Source: Lingula anatina
Lineage: Eukaryota > Animalia > Brachiopoda
Assembly: GCA_051362555.1 (NCBI GenBank)
Contig: CM120642.1
Location: 5,828,001 to 5,892,000, forward strand
Reading direction: 5' to 3'
DNA: 64,000 nucleotides
The notes under the pieces were generated by a model. It was not told where the DNA came from and did no database searches. It was given only the letters and a program-made list of their open reading frames with translations. Shown one piece after another: positions 41,079-52,021 of this stretch. Position 1 is the stretch's first letter; every line of letters starts with the position of its first letter. The translations under genes and the position numbers were made by a program.

Positions 41079-44000
41079 ATGCGATGGTTTGTGAGACTAT
41101 TGTTGTTATATTCCTTGGTGAGTCTGAGCCTAGGAGACCACGAGGCGGTCTCAGAATACGTTCCTACTACCGATGGCAGCACGTTCGACGGCTATGCGGA
41201 TTACGCACCACCCGGCCTACCGAGTGGGCCTCCCACATTGCCAACGTCTCCGCAGGTGCCAGGATCTTCCGGGATACCAGAGGGTTATATGCTTGTATAC
41301 GCTGATCCCAACAACCCTGGGTATTACACCCCTGCTGGATCAGGGGGCCCCACAGCGTACGTACCAGTAGGACAGAGTCCCAGTTATCCTGGGTATCCAG
41401 GGTATCCTCCACAAGTTCAAACTTCGCCAGTGGTAACAGTACCGCAAACCAATGGTTATCCCGCTGTTGTCCAACCAGGACAAACTCAAACAGTGTACGC
41501 GGCCCCGCAGGTCCCGGGGTACCCGGCTTATGTTCAGACGGGACAGGGCCCGCCAGTAGCAGTTGTGCCACAAACCCCTGGGTACCCAGCAGTTATCCAA
41601 CCAGGACAGTCTCCGACTATATATGCAGCACCTCAAATTCCTGGCCATTCAGCAAATGTCCAACCGGGACAAACAGTTCCATTGGTCGCCGCCCCTCAAA
41701 CTCCAGGCTACCCAGCCTACGTCCAACCGGGCCAAGCTCAGCCTGTGTACGCGGCCCCACAAACTTCGGGTTTTCCTGCCTATACACAAACGGGACAAAC
41801 ACCAGCAGTGTACGCTGCGCCACAAACTCCAGTATATGGCACACCTGCACAAAATCCGCCTGGATATCCCAACTATGGGCAACCAACGCAAAACACGCCA
41901 GTTTACGCGGCACCGCAGACACCAGGGTATGTTACATTAGTTCAACCGGGACAAACTCCGCAAGGTTATTCTGCGCAACAGAACCCTACTGCACAGGGAC
42001 CTGTGTACGCACCCCAGGGTCCTGCCTACGTCCCTTCATATAACCCATCGCCACAGAATATACAGGGGCAGTACGCTACTCCCAACATCCAACTACCAAA
42101 CCAGCAGCTCCTGGCACCCCAGGGACCATACCAAGGCCCCAGTAACGGTCAATACATCCCTCAGAATGCAGTACAGGGACAGGCGCAATACCAGCAGCTA
42201 CCTGGACCCCAGGGACCGTACCAAAACCCTAATACCGGACTGTATGTGCCAGCAAATGGGGTACAGGGACCGCCTCAATACCAACAGCTTCCCGGCCCAC
42301 AGGTAACGTATCAAAATCCAAACAACGGTCAGTATATAGCCCCCAACGGCATGCAAGGATCTCCGCAATACCAACAATATAACAGACCAAATGGGCAAGC
42401 CCCCTACCAAAATGGAAATAATGGACAATTTGGACCTCCTAATGGCATACAAGGTCCCGCTACGTTTCAAAATGGCCAATTTGGCCCTACAAACGGACTG
42501 AACGGACAACCCCCATACCAAAATGGAAATAATGGACAATATGGCCCTACAAATGGACTGAACGGGCAGGGTCCGTACCATAATGGAAATAACGGACAGT
42601 TTATTCCCTCTAATGGCATACAAGGTCCGACACCATACCAAAATGGTAACAGTGGACAATATATCCCTCCCAACGGTGTGAATGGACAGGTTCCAAATCA
42701 AAATGGAAACAATGGACAATTCGGCCCTCCCAACGGCATGAATGGAAAGGCTCCATATCAAAATGGAAACAATGGACAATATAGTCCTCCCAACGGTATA
42801 AATGGACAAGCTCCATATCAAAATGGAAACAATGGACAATATAGCCCTCCCAACGGCATGAATGGACAAGCTCCATATCAGAATGGAAATAATGGACAAT
42901 ACGGCCCTCCCAACGGCATGAATGGACAGGCTCCATATCAAAATGGAAATAATGGACAATATAGCCCTACCAACGGCATGAATGGACAGGATCCATATCA
43001 AAATGGCAATAATGGACAATACGGCCCTACCAACGGCATGAATGGACAGGCTCCATATCAAAATGGAAACAATGGACAATATAGCCCTCCCAACGGCATG
43101 AATGGACAGGCTCCATATCAAAATGGAAACAATGGACAATATAGCCCTCCCAACGGCATGAATGGACAGGCCTTATATCAGAATGGAAATAATGGACAAT
43201 ATAGCCCTACCAACGGCATGAATGGACAGGCTCCATATCAGAATGGAAATAATGGACAATATAGCCCTCCCAACGGCATGAATGGACAGGCTCCATATCA
43301 GAATGGAAATAATGGACAATATAGCCCTCCCAACGGCATGAATGGACAGGCTCCATATCAGAATGGAAATAATGGACAATATGGCCCTCCTAACGGCATG
43401 AATGGACAGGCTCCATATCAAAATGGAAATAATGGACAATATGTTCCTTCTAATGGTATACAAGGCCCCGCGCAATACCAAAATGGAAATAATGCACAGG
43501 GCCCATACCAAAATGGAAACAATGGACAGGGCCCATATCAAAATGGAAATTATGGACAGAGCCCATATCAAAATGGAAATAACGGTCAGTTTGGTCCTCC
43601 CAACGGTATAAATGGACAGATTCGGTATCAGAACGGTGATAATGGGCAATTTGGTCCGTCTAATGGTATACAAGGCCCACCTACATACCAACAAACAAGT
43701 AACGGCCAGCCGCCATACCAAAATGGAAATAACGGACAATTTGGCCCTACAAATGGCCAGCCTCCGTACCAAAATGGGAATAATGGGCCATATACACCTC
43801 CTAACATAGGTCCTCCTAATGGTGTACAAGGACCTGCACCGTACCAAAATCCGAATAATGGCCAGGCACTATACCAAAATGGCAATAACGGACAATTGGC
43901 CTCTTCTAATGGCTTAAATGGCCAAGCGCCTTACCAAAACGGCAATAACGGACAGTATGGGCAATCCAATGCTGGTCCTGGGCAGCCACCATACCAACAA

Positions 44001-44507
44001 GGCAGCAACGGTCCGGCGCCCTATCAAAATGGGAATTTCGATCAATCCCCTGCTAATATGAATCAAAATCCTTCCCAGAATGGAAACAATGGTCAATACG
44101 TGCCTCCTAATGGCGGACCAGGACAACCCCAGCCCCCATACCTCCCGGGAGCCAACATCCAAACTCCATACCAAAATGGCAACAACGGGGAGTATCCTCC
44201 ATCTAACACCATGCAGGGTCCGTCTCAAAATCAACAGCCGGGTACTTATCCAGGGTCCTTTAGTGGGCTGTACAGTCAACCTAGGCCATTGCCCACAAAT
44301 CAGGGAAGTCAGACTCAAGTTGCCTCGAATGAACCGACCCCTAATAACACGCAAAAAAACCAAGGTCCTCCTCAATACTATGATCCTCGGAGTCAGCAGA
44401 GCTATATCCCGAGCCCGAAGAGACAGTTTTATAACCCTGACACCGGACTACACTTTGATCCCGAGACAAGGGAATACTATACCAAGAATGTAGTTACAGT
44501 GTCATGA
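41079..44507 (+). CDS. Secreted, intronless G/Q/N/P/Y-rich repeat protein (~1142 aa) with a C-terminal Tyr-rich OCRE-like module
   Basis: Long single ORF with signal peptide MRWFVRLLLLYSLVSLSLG at ATG 41079 (an upstream in-frame ATG lies at 41007). Contains 20-aa repeats QTPGYPAYVQPGQ..VYAAP and NGQAPYQNGNNGQYSPPNGM. Tail PPQYYDPRSQQSYIPSPKRQFYNPDTGLHFDPETREYYTKNVV. Confidence 0.9.
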   Translation: MRWFVRLLLLYSLVSLSLGDHEAVSEYVPTTDGSTFDGYADYAPPGLPSGPPTLPTSPQVPGSSGIPEGYMLVYADPNNPGYYTPAGSGGPTAYVPVGQSPSYPGYPGYPPQVQTSPVVTVPQTNGYPAVVQPGQTQTVYAAPQVPGYPAYVQTGQGPPVAVVPQTPGYPAVIQPGQSPTIYAAPQIPGHSANVQPGQTVPLVAAPQTPGYPAYVQPGQAQPVYAAPQTSGFPAYTQTGQTPAVYAAPQTPVYGTPAQNPPGYPNYGQPTQNTPVYAAPQTPGYVTLVQPGQTPQGYSAQQNPTAQGPVYAPQGPAYVPSYNPSPQNIQGQYATPNIQLPNQQLLAPQGPYQGPSNGQYIPQNAVQGQAQYQQLPGPQGPYQNPNTGLYVPANGVQGPPQYQQLPGPQVTYQNPNNGQYIAPNGMQGSPQYQQYNRPNGQAPYQNGNNGQFGPPNGIQGPATFQNGQFGPTNGLNGQPPYQNGNNGQYGPTNGLNGQGPYHNGNNGQFIPSNGIQGPTPYQNGNSGQYIPPNGVNGQVPNQNGNNGQFGPPNGMNGKAPYQNGNNGQYSPPNGINGQAPYQNGNNGQYSPPNGMNGQAPYQNGNNGQYGPPNGMNGQAPYQNGNNGQYSPTNGMNGQDPYQNGNNGQYGPTNGMNGQAPYQNGNNGQYSPPNGMNGQAPYQNGNNGQYSPPNGMNGQALYQNGNNGQYSPTNGMNGQAPYQNGNNGQYSPPNGMNGQAPYQNGNNGQYSPPNGMNGQAPYQNGNNGQYGPPNGMNGQAPYQNGNNGQYVPSNGIQGPAQYQNGNNAQGPYQNGNNGQGPYQNGNYGQSPYQNGNNGQFGPPNGINGQIRYQNGDNGQFGPSNGIQGPPTYQQTSNGQPPYQNGNNGQFGPTNGQPPYQNGNNGPYTPPNIGPPNGVQGPAPYQNPNNGQALYQNGNNGQLASSNGLNGQAPYQNGNNGQYGQSNAGPGQPPYQQGSNGPAPYQNGNFDQSPANMNQNPSQNGNNGQYVPPNGGPGQPQPPYLPGANIQTPYQNGNNGEYPPSNTMQGPSQNQQPGTYPGSFSGLYSQPRPLPTNQGSQTQVASNEPTPNNTQKNQGPPQYYDPRSQQSYIPSPKRQFYNPDTGLHFDPETREYYTKNVVTVS
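42390..43760 (+). repeat. 60-nt coding tandem repeat (NGQAPYQNGNNGQYSPPNGM)n, near-perfect at 42681-43440
   Basis: Successive 60-nt lines of sequence are almost identical (ATAGCCCTCCCAACGGCATGAATGGACAGGCTCCATATCAGAATGGAAATAATGGACAAT). Confidence 0.95.
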
Positions 44508-45892
44508 TGTGGTCGTGGTCTTGAACCTTATTTCCCAAAGATATCACTTTATTTTTAATCCTGAATATTTAATGTTGTTGAGTTGTACATTCTAAACACG
44601 TGTACTAAAAGAGATTTGTATTGAATGCCAATTGGATTGTAGTTTTTATTTAAGTGAGATGTGTTATTTAATTTTAAACTATTCCTTATAGTGGAGCAGA
44701 AAGACCTGTATGTGATTTGTACGCAAAAAAATGCACAGTAAATTAAGCCCCATTTCTCATTAATTTTGGTGCAGGGGAAAAGGGGACACACACACACACT
44801 GTGTTCCGACGGTACTGTCCAACATTGCCAAGTGCACCTACTCCAAAACAGATTCCTCGCTATGCCCACCCCCTCACAGTTTGCTGACTCACATTCCCCC
44901 CGGTAGATTATTGCCAACGACCCTCTCTATCACGAGTTACTGACTACGGCGCCCTTCATCATCATAGATTACCGGCCACGCCCCTTCCAATGACAGACTG
45001 ATTGCCATATCCCTCCTCATCACAAATCACTGGCTACGACCCTTGGCATCATAGATCAACGGCCACTCCCCTCCCTCTTACAGCTTGCTGGCTACGCTCT
45101 CCTTGTATAAAACAGACATTAGTTCTTAATTAACATAACATTAGTTAACATAAATGTAACTTGTAAGGTTTCATCTGCCTGTGTTATTTTCTTTAAAGAT
45201 TCTAAATACATACATATATATAAAATACAAAAATCAAATTCCATTTTGATTAAGATTCTAGTTTTTCTGTTTTGATTGGATTATGATGCATGTCCTTGTT
45301 GACCTCTAGCAACTAGTCAGCTGACAGGAGTACATTTCATACCACGCTGAAATAGTCTAGGTTTCTCTACCTGTGCAAAGTGACCCCATGAACCGGGAAC
45401 TTTAACAACACAGGTTACACATACACAATCTTAAACTGGTATTTGTGTCCTTTACACAGATAATTTTTAATAATTCCCATATACAGTACGAAATACAAGT
45501 TTTAAAAAAGTTTAAGATAAAAGACATGCTGGACACTGCAATTTTACAATCTATTAAGTTTTTGTCTGATTTAAAATGACAAATTACACGATTTGCATAA
45601 GTGTTAAGGCCAGTGCACATGGACACTGAGTGCATGACTGAATATTCAAAAGTTACAAAACCAAGTCCCCGCCGTGACTGTCGTCAGAATATAGCTGTTG
45701 CTTCTCCTAATTACGGTTTGCCTTGACTTAATGAGCCCCTCAGAGCTAGCGTCAACAGCCTAATAACAGTGTTTTTTGCACAAGTGAGCCACGTTCATCA
45801 GTAGTTTCCTGAATTGTCTTTTGGCATACCAGTGAATCCACAACATCAGCTGCTGCGCCTTACATGAAGGAGAATTTTATATCGCTTCCACC

Positions 45893-47623
45893 ATGGCGTC
45901 CTGTGCTATACCAAAGTACCCTTTGAAGATATTTCCAATATTGTTTTACATTCTGTTCAGCAGTGCTTTTGGAATACCTACGACATTTGCCATTGGTAGT
46001 GTGGATGGACAGCCAATTATTAAACAAGCCCGGTCGAGCAACTCTTCACAGACTAGACTGGCAACCGGTGCCAATCAAAATACATATAACAAAGACCCCG
46101 GAGACATATTGCTGGGAATAGCAAACCATGTACCAACTCCACCGCCGGATGAAGACCCGGGTACCCCTGGTGAAGGGACTGACCCCAATCTGCCTGGATA
46201 TGTACCTCCAAACCAATTCATTCCAGGTCTACCAGGGTATGCACCGACTGGACAGTACAATCCCATTCCCCCGGGGTACGTACCCATCGCATCAAACAAT
46301 CAAAACCCATCGGGCTACTCACCTGTAGGACAATATAGTCCACCCGGACAATATACGCCACAGGGACAATTCAATCCTGCTCAACCGGGATCAAACACTG
46401 GACAAGGTGGGCCAAATGGACAGGACAATTTAAATGTAGGTCAAGGTGGGTCGGGCACAGAGCAAGATGGATCAAGTGCGGGACAAAATGGACAGCTGAT
46501 AGGACCTAACGCCGTCCCACAGTATTTTAACCCCCAAGCGCCTCCCCTTGGGTCCCCAGGGAATGTGCCACAACAAGGACAGTACCCACCTCAAGGACAA
46601 GGGCCAAATACCCCGGGGTACATACCACCACAACAACAGCCAATACCACCGGGGCAGTTTGCACCGCCTCAGCAACAAGGTGAATATCAGCAATCAAACC
46701 CTGTCCAACTACCACCAGCTTTCCCTCCTCAGGGTCCTCCTCAGGGTCCATACCCGCCTCAGCAACAACCGCCACAGGGGCAGTACCTTCAACCACCAAC
46801 AGCTGGCCAATACGGGCAACAGCCACCGCAAGGTCAGCCTCAACCACTACCACTCCCTCCAACACAGGGGCAAAATCTGCCTCCTCAACAACAACCTCAA
46901 GGTCAGCTTCAACCGCAACAACTTCCACCAACACAGGGGCAATATCTGCCTCCACAACAACAACCACCACAAGGACAGTACCAGCCTCAACCATCAGGTG
47001 GTCAATATCCACCTCCAGGCTACCAGAATACTCCAACACAACCTGCGCAATACAGCGGGGGCTATGGCGGCACTGATCCCTTCCAAGCAGGCGCTCAGGG
47101 CTATGCTAATCAGGGCCCTCAGGGGGCGCCACTTTATGGTGGCCAACCCACCCAAGGGACACCTGTATACGGGGGACAAAGACCGCAAACTGCACCTATA
47201 TACGGAGTTCCAAATCAGAATGGACCACAAGGGCAAAACTATGTAAACCCTGCTTATAGCCAAGGGCCCATATATGGTCAGGGTTCACCATACGGTCAGG
47301 GGCCCAACAACATCCAAGGACAATATACCGCGAATCCTAGCCAGCTATTCCAAGGTCAGTTTGGAACAAATAATGCTCAGTTTGGTGGCGTAAGTGGCAT
47401 TACTTTCACCGGGCAAATTACCGGGATTATTTCCAACGCTCAAAATGGTCAAACGTCCCTTCAGATATTTTTCCCTTCTTATTCGGGACCTCCGCCGCAG
47501 TTCTTTGACCCTAAGAGTAGGTTGTATTTCTCCCCTCACTCCGCCCGGCAGTATTATAACTCACAAACTGGGATTTATTATGATCCCGCTACCAAGGAAT
47601 ATTACAGAAGGCAAATTGTGTGA
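45893..47623 (+). CDS. Secreted, intronless P/Q/G/Y-rich protein (576 aa) with a C-terminal Tyr-rich OCRE-like module
   Basis: Kozak CCACCATGG and signal peptide (IFPILFYILFSSAFG), followed by a low-complexity P/Q/G body. Tail PPQFFDPKSRLYFSPHSARQYYNSQTGIYYDPATKEYYRRQIV aligns without gaps to the tail of the upstream gene. Confidence 0.9.
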   Translation: MASCAIPKYPLKIFPILFYILFSSAFGIPTTFAIGSVDGQPIIKQARSSNSSQTRLATGANQNTYNKDPGDILLGIANHVPTPPPDEDPGTPGEGTDPNLPGYVPPNQFIPGLPGYAPTGQYNPIPPGYVPIASNNQNPSGYSPVGQYSPPGQYTPQGQFNPAQPGSNTGQGGPNGQDNLNVGQGGSGTEQDGSSAGQNGQLIGPNAVPQYFNPQAPPLGSPGNVPQQGQYPPQGQGPNTPGYIPPQQQPIPPGQFAPPQQQGEYQQSNPVQLPPAFPPQGPPQGPYPPQQQPPQGQYLQPPTAGQYGQQPPQGQPQPLPLPPTQGQNLPPQQQPQGQLQPQQLPPTQGQYLPPQQQPPQGQYQPQPSGGQYPPPGYQNTPTQPAQYSGGYGGTDPFQAGAQGYANQGPQGAPLYGGQPTQGTPVYGGQRPQTAPIYGVPNQNGPQGQNYVNPAYSQGPIYGQGSPYGQGPNNIQGQYTANPSQLFQGQFGTNNAQFGGVSGITFTGQITGIISNAQNGQTSLQIFFPSYSGPPPQFFDPKSRLYFSPHSARQYYNSQTGIYYDPATKEYYRRQIV

Positions 47624-48608
47624 CCAGCGACCAGATATACTATTGAACAAGTCCTGTTCCATATCTACATTTTACATGGGATGGCGAACTTTGCGTAGAA
47701 GATAATACAGGGCATTCCACTTTTTATTTTATTTACTCATAATGACAAAATGGATGAATAAGCAAAACACTTCTTTGTGCAGGGAAATATCCGATATTAC
47801 TGGTTCGACTGTGCTGCCATCTTTTGGTTAAATGCGAAACGTATATATTGGAACCTTCATATTTTCATTCATAAATTATTTTTCCCCATGGAGTCCGATA
47901 TTATAGGATGTCAGTGACGTCAGTTATTTTGAACGTCATTTACCTTAGTTTATCTTGAAAACATTCACTCATACAGTAGATATTGTAGCAGCTACAACTG
48001 AAGGATAATTAGCATGGATCACGCGTATTATTTAATTTACGTTTTCACTTTATTTACTGTAGATCAAGAAACACTGGCCCGTAGTGACTGGTTTTACCCC
48101 TTAACCAGCCAGGTTACCCAGCCTGAAAAACGATAAAGAACCTAGTTCAAATTATGATTTGGTTTTCGTATGGTTTTTCGAACAAAACGGCGCTTGTTTT
48201 GCCATCCCCGGCCCCCTGCGTCTATGACCGGATTGGAACATGTAGTACTTCAAAATGATCATGCTGTTTTTGGTTGAAATGTTTTTGTTTTCGTAGGTTG
48301 GCATATACAGTGTATAGATTATACTGTATAATCTACCTCGACTGTTATTGATAAAAACAAAATGAAAAATAATAATAATAAAAAAGAAATCATGAAATGA
48401 CAATTGTATTTTTCTTTACACTGACTGCGTAATGATCACTAGTTTTGCACAAAGCCTCCTTAGTAAACAAATGGATCTACTTCCTGGAAACTCCAGTAGC
48501 GCCACAAGACATGGGGACGAGCAACTAAGCTGTTTCTACCATAAGTTTGCCAGTGTTGTGTTCCATTCATACAAAGTATAGGAGGATCGTACTAGAAGAC
48601 TTTGCACA

Positions 48609-48655
<47 letters not shown>

Positions 48656-50277
48656 CATCGTAATATTTAGAGCGGTTTAATACATCCTTTTTTCGCCAGA
48701 TTTCGATCCCCTAAGAATTAGTCGAAAACTGAAAATAAATACCTTGAAATAAAACCAAACGCCTGTGATCATTGCAGAGAGAAGAAAAATGCATTAGTTG
48801 ATATATACTGCACAATTGTAACAATTTGGGTGTTTTTACTCTGTAGCACTCGTTATAAAAATCTACTTTCATTGAATGTACTTGAATCAATTCGCTCGTT
48901 GTATTTTCTGTTAAGACTGCCACTGATCAAGTTCATTAATATCGGGGGAGATTGATTTGTTTATCAAGATTAATTGATAATAGTAGATAGATAATGACAG
49001 CTTTTTCAGAAAATTAAATGAAACTTTATTTATCTAAAATTCAAGACATTGCTTGATATACAGTATCAAACGGATATATCAGAGCCCTTGGGAGATACTC
49101 CGTGTTCCGAATGGAAAACCTCAGTATACGACCAGCGCGGATGACAGAGTCACTAATAAATTAAATATTAAGTAGTTTCCTCAATTTGGATGATTCTGTT
49201 ATCCAAGGAGAAGAACCTGCACTTCCACGTGAAACAGAATTATTATCACTGAAATGTAATCAAACTGCAGTTAAAGAACGTTATTAACGTGCATAAACAA
49301 GATTGTCTCCGGTCATTATTCTCAGTTAAGAGCCGAGTACCACAACACTGCTAGGAGTTTTAAAAGCTGCCCTAGACCCAGTTTCACACACAAAAAACTT
49401 AAGTCTGTCGTTATTAGCCACTGGAACTGATTTTATGTTTTGTAAAACTGGGGCCGGAAATATGAATGTAACGATGTTTATATAAATTGATAAATTAAAT
49501 TTATTGATATATATTAATTAATTTTGTCAGCAGGTTTATGCATTTTATTGTCCCCAAACAACACAAAATTTTTTAATATATTAAAATATATGAATGCCCT
49601 AGTGATGGCAATTTACCAAAACAATATGTATATCTTCACTCATAGTCGCTGATAGTGTTTTATCAATATATCAAACCTTAATTTCCCATGTTTCTTTCTG
49701 TGCAAGAAAGTGGATGGAATAGTTTTCGGACGTGTCAGCTCCTTATCTATTTCACCACTCCTCAAGAGCTGCTTGGGACCATTCTGTTTTAATTCCTAAA
49801 GTGGCTATTATACACATATTTAGACACACTTTCACGCTTCAATTTGCTAAAGATTATCACCACATCGAGAACGCTATTTAGTCACGTGCATGGGCATGTT
49901 CGAGGGTTAAAAGAGGGTGCCCTGTCACAAGTCGCATTCTCTCGGACCAATATTTCAAACTGAATGAAATAAAGGTTATGAAACCGCATCTTTAATAGCC
50001 GTCTTTAATACACCCTTTATACCCTCTGCAAAGTGAAATGAACTCCAAATGCGTGACTGTGTTGAACCATGCAGTTTGGGCATCATTATCAGATAACAAT
50101 GTCATTCCTCCCATGCAATTTACATTTCAGTAAATACTTATTGAAAATTACCATACCGTGTGATAAGGCTCAAATCCGTATAAAGGTATTCTAACTGTGG
50201 AAGCATTGCGCATACAAATCACGGAGGAGGAGAGAGAAATAAGCAAAAACACGTTGATAAAACACAGAAAAGACACG

Positions 50278-51989
50278 ATGCAGAAAGCCAGTCGACAGCT
50301 GACCATTTTGGTAAGCTTGATATTCGGATCCCACGTTCTATCAGCGACAGCCCAAACGCCGCCTTACTCCAACAACCAAGCTGCGTACGGCCCACAGTAC
50401 GGCACCACACAGTACAGCGTACAATCCCCAACGTACGGTCAGTATAGCGGGATACAGGGTGCGTACAACCCTAATGCGTACTCCAACCAGGTACCGCCGA
50501 ACCAACAATATTACCGTCCATCAACGCAAGGCCAAGGGGTCCAATATACTTTACCCCCTCAGTATTCAACTGGCACGCAGTACAGAACACCAACTTACGG
50601 CGGTACGCAATATATTACGCCCAACCAGTACGGTACGCAAACCCAGTACGCTACGCCTAACCAATACGGTACGTCTCAGTATCCACTTCAACTGCAGTAC
50701 AACTCACAGACAGGGCTTTATTTGGATCCTCAAACGGGCATAAACTACAGACGTCAGTACAACACGCAAACGGGACAGTTTGTAAACGTACCTGTGAATA
50801 GGCAGTATGGACAGTCCACACCACAGTATAGTGGACAGTACGGGAGACCAGTCTACTCCGGACAGACAGGGCAGTATAATCCACAATACACTTCCCAAGC
50901 TGGACAATATAACCCACAGTATACCAGACCGACAGGACAATATAACCCACAATATACAACGCAAACAGGACAATATAACCCACAATATACAACGCCAACA
51001 GGACAATATAACCCACAGTATACCAGACCGACAGGACAATATAACCCACAATATACAACACCAACAGGACAATATAACCCACAGTATACCACACCGACAG
51101 GACAATATAACCCACAGTATGGTACACCGACAGGACAATACAACCCACAGTATGGTACACGGCCTGGACAATATAACCCACAATACGGTACGCGGCCAGG
51201 ACCCTACAACCCACCGTTCAACGCCCTGCCACCATTCATGCCCAACGATCTGGGAAGTGTCCTGCAGAGACTGGGGACGTTTACTGCCGTCAACCTCATA
51301 CAGAGTGCTGGCCTCTACAGCACCATTGCCAATAGTCAAGGTAGGTTGCGTTCTACATCATTACTTGTCTATATAGATTCATTTTATTCATTCAGACAAG
51401 TTAATGAGATGTGGTAAACATCATTAGTTTTTGTTTTTTTTTTATTTAAAAGCCAAACTCTTCTCAAAATGTATAGGACTAAGATTGCTTAAATTTATTC
51501 TAAAAGACATCAGTGGCGTTTATGACAAAAAAGGCAAAAAAAAAGCTCTATCTAAAAGGAAATATGTAACTTCAAATTCGAGACGGCATAGTCCTTTTAA
51601 ATAAAACGTGTGCCCTCTCTTCTCACTGAATTCACATTATTCATTTAAAAAACCCTTTGATCCATTGTGCACTTTCTGCCTCCGCCTTAAACCAAAACTT
51701 TCTAAAAGGTTCTATAAAACACCATTATTCTTTCTTATTCCCTCATACTTAACTGTGTTTTCAGATCCATTGACGCTGTTTATCCCCACGGACGCCGCGT
51801 TCAACCGTCTCCCCCAGGATCTCCTTCAAAAGATCACCACTAACCGTACAGAGTTGGCCAAACTTCTCTCCTACCACGTGGTCCCCGGGGCGGTCACCTC
51901 TCAGGACCTCAGTAACGACCTGGAGGGAGAATCGGTGGAGGGAAGCAAAGTCAGGATCAACATCTACCAAAATGGAAGGGTAAGTGGTC

Positions 51990-52021
<32 letters not shown>

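Noticed and set aside
42198-44375. Long antisense ORFs (e.g. 313 aa 'SILIWSLSIHAVGRA' repeats) that look like membrane proteins
   Set aside because: They are shadows of the 60-nt coding repeat on the opposite strand. The sense frame has a signal peptide and a conserved tail.
44880-45100. Degenerate ~40-bp repeats (GATTACTGGCTACGxCCC...) between the two repeat-protein genes
   Set aside because: Too degenerate to define a unit or function by eye; most likely an old minisatellite.
50459-51376. Alternative-frame and antisense ORFs such as (YCGLYCPVGVV)n, metallothionein-like in appearance
   Set aside because: By-products of the 33-nt repeat, with no independent start or splice support.
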